Below are positions 52,351 to 62,360 of a stretch of DNA of 64,000 bases, piece by piece. Both the position numbers and the translations under genes were made by a program. This stretch comes from Takakia lepidozioides (Eukaryota > Plantae > Bryophyta). Below the pieces are notes generated by a model, which did no database searches, was not told the DNA's origin, and saw nothing but the letters and a program-made list of their open reading frames with translations. The stretch lies in the NCBI GenBank assembly GCA_030704615.1, contig CM060732.1, forward strand, positions 5,270,001-5,334,000, given 5' to 3'. The first letter of the stretch is position 1; each line of letters opens with the position of its first letter.

Positions 52351-54498
52351 ATGTTGAGGTACATTGTAGCCCTGCGTTGTCTTTTACGTTCCTGTCGTCT
52401 CTCACTGTCACCCGTTCCTGCATTTTCCCAACGGACCCATATCCCAAAATGCACACATTGGCCCTCACATGCATCAGGTTTTGCAACGGCGGTGGAGGAT
52501 GAGGGTTCATCTGCAGGAGCTTCCTCCTGGATGCAGAGGGCTGAAGAGTGTGTTCAAGAGCAAGATACCTTCATCAGATTCTTCCCAATCGGATACTTCT
52601 AACGAAAAGTCTGTGTCTCAGCATGACCTTACAATGGAAAGTGAGTGCCATTCTACTGTGTCGCTAGGTGCTCTGCTACAGATTCAACAATCTAGTATCA
52701 TAAAAGGCCCTCACTTGCACAATGTGACTGCTGGGAGTTGATCAGTATGAACCGTTGGATCACTTTGTTTATTTATTGCAAAGGACACTTCACGAATTTC
52801 TTAGCTGAATGAAATGATGGTGCAGACAAGTCTGCTGCTGGTACCAATTTGGCTTATAGGAGACAATGGCGGATATGCTTCTTCCAGCAACATGCGACTG
52901 CAGGAAGGAACCCAGTAGGTGTAAATTGGAGACTGAAGAGACAATACCCTAAAGCCTAGACTGGGCCTGCATTATGATGATTTGCAATATAGGACACCAG
53001 TATAAGAGAGGGGGGGATGTGGAAACTGGCCGATGGTTTCCGCCGGGAATGTAAGTCTTTCGTGGGAAGAGTAACAGTGATCAAACAAGCAAGAAATTTT
53101 ATGTCTTCTTTCAATGAGTGCTTGAAGACCCCAGATTGAGAGCCCAATCCTGTAGTTTGCAGCCACGGTGGTCAGAGGTTGGAAATTAGCCCAATAACCG
53201 GTTTAGTACAAGTATGTACTCGATTTGTGAATCTTTCTTTGAAATCTGGCTCTGCCTCTCAACAGAATTTTCTTTGTGTTGTACAGATTTTGCACATGAG
53301 TTGAAGAAGGCACACCAGTTTGGAAGTCTAATGACATTTGGACGCGGTCTGCCCAGAGGGGGTGAAGTATCAGCTGTAAAATCCCTTGAGAGACAGGAGG
53401 GGATTCTTCGATCCCTAGCCCGACATGACCCTCTGGTATGCTTTTTCATTACATCTGAATTTGGTTGCTACAGGAAAGTCTGTTCAATGTTTAATGAGAG
53501 CACCAACCTTCAGAAGTGGTAAACAGTTAAAGAGGGCTGCATACTGGACGGCCAGGCTTGCAGGTGAGCACACGATGTCTTCAGAAAGTAAGCAAGGGGC
53601 ATGGGGCTGGGCATGGTGTGGGTCCAGCGAGTTGGAGAGCTGCACAAGGCTGAGGTGGCAGTGGAGTGGGGGTGCACTGTGCGTGATGTTGATGCCGTAC
53701 TGGCAAAGTACGAGTGGGCAAAGGAGGCAAACATGCGTGTGATGAAGCTTAAGGAGAAAGGCAAATCACTTCCCAAGTCTCTTGACGAGGTTAGTCTCCC
53801 GTGTTTGCTGCCTAAGAGCTCTTGTATGTTTTTGTTATGCTCTGGCAGCTGCATTCTCTTCTCAAAATCTCTCCTCCCGTTGTCTCACCAATGGCTTGAA
53901 CACTGTTTGCCTTTCCTACCATCATTTAATACCTTGAATGATGAAATATATTTGTCCCTATACCTTGAATATAAGGTGGCCATAGCTGGGAGATGAAGGG
54001 TCTGGCCTGAGGTTGACACCATGGATTTGTTGGTTGGTGAAGGTGGAAGAGTTGATGGGGGGTCGCTGGAATGCGGCAGCATCTGTGAATCTTGCAAAAA
54101 GTGGACAACTGAGTCGAAATGTTGTTTGTCCATGCGGCTCTGGAAAGAAGTACAAGAGGTGGGTTCTCGCTCTTTTCACAGCTCCTCTCATCTCCCTGCC
54201 CCATTCCAATGGGAGTGTCGTAAGGCGGAGAGAAGCAATGTTTCTGGCTGCTTTATCTCACACTCATACTTAAACAGATGGATTTTGTGGCTAGATGAGT
54301 CAAATTTCAAACTTAAAGCAAAGCAAGTAGTACTATCAAACATCATGTAGCCTGGCAATAAGCTGGCCGTGAGGCATCTGTGGCTTGAACACTATGTTAC
54401 AAGCAAAGTATGCTCCAAATATATTGCCTATCCTTTACTAGACCATGACTGGTAAAAATCTGGGGAGTTCTGTTGCAGGTGTTGTGGGAAGTCATAAG
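52351..54498 (+). pseudogene. SEC-C motif organellar protein gene (At3g04950-like), nearly complete with introns, frameshifted
   Basis: Transit-peptide-like start MLRYIVALRCLLRSCR; FAHELKKA...ERQEGILRSL; CTVRDVDAVLAKYEWAKEA...GKSLPKS; NLAKSGQLSRNVVCPCGSGKKYKR|CCGKS-stop. Confidence 0.8.
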
Positions 54499-54669
54499 CT
54501 TGGACTTGAAACAGGGAAGTCATGCTGCACAGGCACGCACTTATGAAGAGTTTGTGCTCTGTTGTGAGGTTAGGTGGCCTCCTGCCGTTTTATCGTTTTG
54601 GTCACCTACTTTCACTCCAAAGGGACTTTGACAGATGCAACTGGGTCCTTACATCTTTACATCAGCACT

Positions 54670-57058
54670 TCCTCTGAGCAAATGATGTGCAAAGGGGTGA
54701 AGCCCAACCGCATAACATTTGTTTGCATTGGCAATGCGTGTGCAAGCCTGGCAGCCTTGGAAAGGTGCAAAGAGGTCCATGGTGACATCGTCAAATCTGG
54801 AATTGTACCCGATGTCATTCTGAACACTGCCCTGCTGGACATGTATGTCAAATGTGAGTGCATCGACGATGGAAAGGGAGTGTTCGACAATATGGCTGAA
54901 TGAGATGTGGTGTCGTGGAGTGTGACGATTGCAGGATATGCACAGCAAGTATGCGGGATGGAGGCTTTGGAGACCTATGAGCAATTGATGTGCGAAGGGG
55001 TGAAGCCCAACCACAACACATTTGTTTGTGTTTGCAATGCGTGTGCAAGCATACGAGCTCTAGAAAAGGGGAAAGAGGTCCATGGTGACATCGTCAAAGC
55101 TGGATTTGTACCAGATGTCATCCTGAACACTGCCCTGGTGGACATGTATGCCAAATGTGGGTGCATGAAGGATGCGAAGGGAGTTTTCAAATGGCTGAAC
55201 AAGATGTGGTGTCGTGGAACGCGATGCTTGCAGGGTATGCACAGCAGGGGCGTGGGATGGAGGCTTTGGAGACCTATGAGCAAATGATGGGGGAAGGGGT
55301 GAAGCCCGACCACATCACGTTTGTGTGCGTTTGCAATGCGTGTGCAAGCCTGGCAGCCCTGGGAAAGGGCAAAGGTGCATGGTTGCATCGCCAAAGCTGG
55401 AACTATATCAGGTGTGATCCTGAACACTGCCCTGGTGGACATGTATGCCAAATGTGGGAGCATTGAGGATGCAGAGGGAGTGTTCAACAATATGGCTGAA
55501 CGAGATTTATTGTTGTGGAACGTGATGCTTGCAGGATATGCACAGCAGGGCATGGGATGGAGGACTTGGAGACCTATGTGCAAATGATGGGGGAAGGGGT
55601 GAAGCGCGACCACATCACGTTTGTGTGCGTTTGCAGTGTGTGTGCAAGCCTGGCAGCCCTGAAAAAGGCAAAGAGGTGCATGGTTGCATCGAGCTGGAAT
55701 TGTACAGATGTGATTCTGAACAATACCCTCGTGGACATGTATGCCAAATGTGGGAGCATTGAGGATGCAGAGGGAGTGTTCAACAATATGGCTGAACGAG
55801 ATTTGGTGTCATGGAACGCCATGCTTGCAGGGTATGCACAGCAGGGGCGCGGGATGGAGGCCTTGGATCATACCTATGAGCAAATGATGGGGGAAGGGGT
55901 GAAATGCAACCACATCACGTTTGTGAGCGTTTGCAATGCTTGTGCAAGCCTGGCAGCCCTGGAAAAGGGCAAAGGGGTGTATGGTGACATCATCAAAGCT
56001 GGAATTGTACCAAGGTTGCAATGCGTGTGCAAGCCTGAGAGCCCTGGAAAATGGGAAAGAGGTCCATGGTGACATCGTCAAAGCTGGAATTGCACCAGAT
56101 TCATCCTGAACACTGCCCTGGTGGACATATGCCAAATGTGGGTGGATCGAGGGATGCAAAGGGAGTTTTCAACACTGTGGTTGAAATAAATGTGGTGTTG
56201 TAGAACACGATGCACAGCAGGGTATGCACAGCAAGGGCACGGGATGGAGGCTTTGGAGACCTATGAACAAATGATGGGGGAAGTGGTGAAGCCCTCATGG
56301 AGTGCAATGATTGCAGGATATGCTCAACATGGATCTCGTACAGAGGCATTCAAAATGTATGAGCAAATGTTGCGCGAAGGGGTGAAGCCCAACCACATCA
56401 CATTTGTTTGTGTTTGCAATGCGTATGAAAGCCTGGGAGCCCTGGAAAAGCAAGGACAATGTGGTGAGGGCACCTTCTTTGTCGACCTATTTCAGCCTGT
56501 TTTGCGCTCTCATCAGACTCAGCCCTGAGATGCATATTGAATTCTGTAAGTTAGCTCGTTGGGTGGATCTGTGGTGGTTTGGAATGACTTTGACAAGTAA
56601 CTGCCGATGTGGCAGCAGGAAAGTATTAAAAAACAGATAACAGAGATGAGGATCTACCAAGCATGGGTGTGGTACGAATGCTTTGGAGACCTATGAGCAA
56701 ATGATGCATGACGGGGTGAAGCCCAACCACATCACGTTTGTCCCCTGGCAGACAGGTATGCCAAATGTGGGTGCATTGTCAAACCTGCAATTGTACAAAA
56801 TGTCATTCAGAACAATACCCTTGTGGACATGTATGAAGGGAGTGTTTGACAGTATGGCTGAACGAGATGTTGTGTTGTGGAGTGCAATGATTGCAGGATA
56901 TGCACAGCAAGGATGCGGGATGGAGGCTTTACAGATCTAGGAGCAAATGTTGCGCAAAGGGGCGAAGCCCGACCACATCACATTTGTTTGTGTTTGCAAT
57001 GTGTGTGCAAGCCTGGGAGCTCTGGAAAAGGGGAAAGAGGTCCGTGGTGACATCGTCC
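54670..57058 (+). pseudogene. Tandem PLS-PPR triplets (about 7), decayed
   Basis: Repeated ~300-bp VVSW.AMLAGYAQQGRGMEALETYEQM / HITFVCVCNACASLAALEKGKEVH / VILNTALVDMYAKCG units. Confidence 0.93.
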
Positions 57059-58982
57059 GCCTGCCTTTGGCTTGTTTCCTCGAGTAGTAGGTGCAGGCAC
57101 TACAACCAACTGATTTGAAGGATGTGAAGAACTACCAATAGGACCAGCAATAGAAGCCACACCTGCATTGGGGGCCACACCTGCATTGACATCCGCACCT
57201 TTTCTTTTTCGTGATTTGCATTTTGGTACACCCACAACGGCAGGGACCACTTGGGCTACAGCGTCAGCGGCCTGTGTAGCAATTTGTTCTGCATGCTCCA
57301 GATCAAGAACAGGGACTTCAGTGGAGATACCCCATTCATCACTCACTGACTGCCTGCGAACACATTCCTTATGAAGTCCCATTTCTGCATAGGGGATAGT
57401 ACCCTTGGGCATATCCAAATACCAACCCCCCCCCCCCTTCCCGGTGTTCCACACCCCAATCTTCCTCAATTGCAGGTGTGTACATGGAAGCTTGTTGAGC
57501 ACCAAACTTCCAGGCCATAAGAAACTTGGGCTCAGCCTTAAGTCGATCACTCGGTACAAGCACAAATCTCATGTACCTAAAATACAAACACATTCAAAGT
57601 TATTGTGGAGACAAATATTTATGCAACATGTTCAACAATTGAACAAGCACATTAAGAAACATGTATATCTCAATGTACTAGAAAAATACTTGAAGCATAG
57701 ACATTTTTTACTTACAAGGTGTATACACTATCCATGTACAATGCAATGGAAAGATGGTACCTGAATAAAATCCGTCTCACCACCTTCTCCCCACCTGTTT
57801 GTTGTTCCCAATCATTGCCTCTGAATGGCCCCTTTGGCAATGAGAACTCTCTATGAAACAACTCATTGAAATGAGTCATCTTCCATGTATCCATGTAGTC
57901 TCCCAGATTCTCACTCTCTCCTTCCTCCAAGGCAACATGAAATTGGCCAAGCTGAGTGGTGTACAAGGCAAACTGAACCAAGGCAACCTTGCGAAGCTGC
58001 CAGAAAATACAGTCAGTTAAATAACTATGTTAATGTGTCATCAACAAAATGAATTAATTGCATTGAGAAGATAGTGATTGTATATGTACCTGCCACCAAA
58101 AAGTCCTTCTATTCAGCCAAGGATCAAGTGTTGGCCCACTGATAGGCCCAGGTGGAAAAAAATTACGATCCTGAAGTGTTTGGTCTCCATTCCATATATG
58201 TAGCCATTCCACCTTTTCTTCAGGATCCACCCGGGCAGTAGCAATGTTTCACCATTTTCTCTTGGGTCATTTTCTCTGATCCTGCCTTTACACGTGACCA
58301 ATGCAGTTTAAGTTCTTGGAGAAACCCCTCTCCAAGGGTTGGATCAGCAATAGGAAGCAACTTCACAAGCTGACTCTTGTGTTGCTCCCTTGCTTTCAAT
58401 CCAGCCTGTCTCATTGTATCTTCAAGGCCCTCTTGACTCTTTGGCCCCTCAGCAAGTTTGTAAGCTTCCCCCGCCATGCGTTGGGCCTCAACAATATCAT
58501 GCTGCCAGAAGAACCAAAACAGTTCATAACATGAACCAGAGGTGAATCTTGTTTATGGATGCAAAGAATGGAACTTGGTTTAGACATGATGTTACCTTGT
58601 ACAAAATCTTTGTCATTGCATGGACTGTCAGGTTATACCAAGTCTTTCCTGCTTTCTTGATGCATTCATCGTATTGCTCTTTCCTCAATACATTCTTCCA
58701 TTCAGAGACAGGTGTAAGGCCAATCATATTGACCTTGCAAACCAAGTGCACAAATTTGGATGTAACATGTGCCCTCTCTGTTGCCCTGCACATATAAAAT
58801 ATGATCATTAGAAAGAAGATGTGTATATGTACATCCATTGAGCAAGAACATGACAACATTGAACATGAAAGTAAATGAAGAATAGAAATGAAACTCACAC
58901 ATTCACTCCATCCATGATGGACCTGAGGGAACCACGATTTTCAATGTCCGCATTGAGCACCCAACTTGTCACATAGACATGT
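57059..58982 (-). pseudogene. Multi-exon gene of unknown function, probably the 5' part of the MTase-like TE gene
   Basis: Exon-like open frames separated by GT-AG introns on the minus strand (e.g. RATERAHVTSKFVHLV...KAGKTWYNL). The link to 59143-59981 is inferred. Confidence 0.45.
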
Positions 58983-59142
58983 TGTCGTGCGCATACATAT
59001 CGTTACACAACTACATCGCTGTCCAAAACCACACAACATATGTGCACACCAAACACTAGTCTATCACTAGTCCACCACTAGTGCACCACTAGGCTGCCAC
59101 TAGACAACCACTAGTCACCACTAGTGCAGCCACTAGTCCACT
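58983..59142. repeat. Partial copy of the CTAG-repeat terminal sequence; remainder at 61977-62041
   Basis: TGTCGTGCGCATAC...CCACTAG repeats, near-identical to 62361-62520. Confidence 0.85.
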
Positions 59143-59395
59143 GGATGTTTGGTGTTCTTGCAAGGCTCCGATGATTCCTTTGCATTGGAGCTCTGTTCTT
59201 ACTCCAGGGGCAGCTCTATTTCCGTATTATCAAGGAAATATACTTGCATCAATACCACCCCTCTACACACTCAGACATGAAAGGTAAAAATCATCCCTCT
59301 TCAATATCTCATTGTTTGATGTTTCATCTTTATACTCTCATACATATTATAACCATCCGGGTGCACTGTTTTTGTGGAAATGGCACGTCTAACAG

Positions 59396-59981
59396 ACCAT
59401 GTTCTTCCACGCCCATGTCCTCACCAAGCAAGGAGGACTATTCAAACTGCGTGAGTCTGGCAAAGTTGTGGACCCCCTTGCAGACCCTGTTGAGTTGGAT
59501 GTCATCTACAACCACATTCCAGATGTTGCACTACCCATGCAAACTCCTCAACAAGCCTGGAGGGGTGCGCAAGACCGTAGTCCCACCTTCATGCAAGTGT
59601 TGTTGGAGACATGCTCACCTCATGGCTCCCGCATTTTGGATCTCACAGCTGGCACAGGTTTGCATTGGTCTCCATTTTGTAATTAAAATCTTCTGAGCTG
59701 ATTCATGATCATTAACTATTATCCGATATAATATCACCATTGCATGTTTTTTTTCTGCAGGTTCTACATTTAATGTTGCCCGCGAGTCTGGACATCACGT
59801 ATTTGGTCTTGAGGGGGACCAGACATTGTATGCAGCACGTCTCTCTGCACTTCAAAATACTCAACCTGTTTTGGTTTCATCTGTGGTAACTCCAACCATT
59901 CAACGTCCTGTGAGTTTGTTGGAACCCCCCGCTCCTAAGGTGGCGCGCAAGCTTGGTCTTCATCTCGGCAGTACTTCCTAG
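59396..59981 (+). pseudogene. Beta-class N4C/N6A DNA-methyltransferase-like C-terminal domain (spliced)
   Basis: Exon 59396-59657, intron to 59760, exon to TAG at 59981, giving RSPTFMQVLLETCSPHGSRILDLTAGTG|STFNVARESGHHVFGLEGDQTLY (motifs X, I and II). Confidence 0.7.
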
Positions 59982-61459
59982 TGAGTATGTCTCGCCTCCA
60001 TTCCCTTTGTTGCAATCTCTATATTATTTGCAAAGCAAACCATTCCCATTTGATTTGTTAACATAAGTATACATGTATGTGTGATACAGTGATGGGATTG
60101 TGCGGACCATCTACGATATTCTACCCCAAAGTCCTCTTTCATCGTTTTATCTACCTTTGAATGCCGAGTCCCAAGCTTTGCATTCAATACATCAACAACG
60201 TGATGTAGGTCTTTCCAATGATATGTTGTTTGACCGAAGAGCAGCTATTGTTGGACAATCCGTGGATAGGTTGCGTAGAGTTGAGGCTTTCATGGATGTG
60301 TATGCCTCTGAATCACAGGCTTATGACACGGATGATGAAGTATCAGCTGATGATGTTATGTAGGTAATTAGAAATTACATATACAATACATTGTCCTCAT
60401 TGTCAGTCCGAATTTTTGGTTATTTTTTATGATACATGTATTTCTCTCTAGTGTAAGGTAAAACAAATGGGGCAAATGACATGGTGTTGAAATCAGATTT
60501 CATGTTATCTTCCTGTCATTTGATTTATCTATGTAATAGTTTGTACATAGATCTCTACTGCATTTCATAGATTCCTTTACCTGAATGCAAGTTCGACATG
60601 CACTTCAGTACTATCAAATTTCATCATTAGTAAAATCAACCCTTATGAGTATTGTGGCATGTTATGTACACACAGGGTGACTATCATTATCTCATTAGTG
60701 TTTCATTTCATTAATGTTTCAAGTCTGAATGGGTAGTGTAGTGGTATGAACTAGGCTTAATACCCGATAGGTTGTGGGTTCTATCTCTGATGGACATTAT
60801 GCTTTTGTAAAATAAAAATGTTTCAGAAGATAGATATATAGATACTGCATAACCTATGTAACAACATTAAATGGGTGGTTGTTTGGTAAGGATTATGTTT
60901 TTTAAGTTATGAGATTGCGGGTTCGATTACCAATCAATAGTCTTTTTTGTAAAATTGAATTCCCTTGCGGGCCATCACCATTTACTACCCAAATGCGCAG
61001 GCGGACCATCTCCATCACATTGTCAAGCTCCCTAGCATTCCCTGAGCATTGCTCCATTCTGAACTTCAAACTAGACTCCCACCATTGGAAGAGCCCGTAC
61101 CTTCACCATTTGTATCTAACAAGGAGCCGTGCCTCGTCACTTTTTAATTTTTCAACCTTTTTTCTCATGTTGGAAAGCCATAAAAACAACATGTTCTTCT
61201 CCCATTCCTACACTCACCCATGTGGAATAATAATACAATGAATATGAAATATTATATATATAATATTTTTATTCCATCCTTTGATATTTTGACTATGGAC
61301 CCTAAGATTAAAAGAATCACAATTTTTTAATTTTTTTTGGGTACCCTTATTTAAGTGTTGTGCATATAAAATTGTTCCTATGCATATCTAAAATTTGTAT
61401 GCACGCATACATTCCTCCATATGTATGCATTTGTGTGCGCATATAGTATAGGCTACCTC

Positions 61460-61976
61460 GCTTGCACAAGCATTGCAAACGCTCACAAACGTGATGTGGT
61501 CGCACTTCACCCCTTACCCATCATTTGCTCATAGGTCTCCAAGGCCTCCATCCCGCGCCCCTGCTGTGCATATCCTGCAAGCATGGCATTCCATGACACC
61601 AAATCTCGTTCAGCCATACTCTTGAACACGTCATCCGCATCTTTAATGCACCCACATTTGGCATACATGTCCACGAGGGTATTGTTCAGAATCACATCTG
61701 GTACAATTCCAGCTTTGGCGATGCAACCATGCACCTCTTTGCCCTTTTCCAGGGCTCCCAGGCTTGCACACAAACTGCAAACGCACACAAACGTGATGTG
61801 GCTTCACCCCTTCCCCCATCATTTGCTCATAGGTCTCCAAAGTCTCCATCCCATGCCTCTGCTGTGCATACCCCTGCAAGCATCGTGTTCCACGACACCA
61901 CATCTCGTTCAGCCATGGTGTTGAAATTAACTCCCTTCGTATCCTTAATGCACCCACATTTGGCATACATGTCCAC
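61460..61976 (-). pseudogene. Inverted block of the same PLS-PPR repeats
   Basis: LCASLGALEKGKEVHGCIAKAGIVPDVILNNTLVDMYAKCG...DLVSWNAMLAGYAQQGRG on the minus strand. Confidence 0.92.
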
Positions 61977-62360
61977 CGCTGCCACTAGCCACCACTAGTG
62001 CAGCCACTAGTCCATCACTAGGCTGCCACTAGTCCATCACAATGATAAGGAAAGGAAAGATACAAGCATACAAGCTCTCTCAAACTCACACACTTGCACA
62101 TGAAAACATCACTCATATATTAAGTCGAGCCAAGTGCACCCCACGCCATGGGGAATCCACACTACGACGCCATAGCTAGACGCGGTAAGGCTCAACTCGA
62201 GAAAGATGAGTCCACCGCGATCTGCCGTGAAGATAACAACGCCAGGTGCCAAACATGTATTGGCCCCTGGATTGACACTTGGGTCAATCCCAAATGTCAA
62301 TATATAAAAGCTAGCTATTTCCTAGCTAACTTCACACCAGTGGTAAAATAACTTGACAGC

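Larger units (their letters stand above)
52056..57058 (+). mobile_element. Helentron/HLE2-like unit 3 carrying a SEC-C motif gene and PPR arrays; 3' end not seen
   Basis: Same 5' terminus (52058-52085) and leader to about 52322; broken by a rearrangement at about 57058. Confidence 0.65.
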
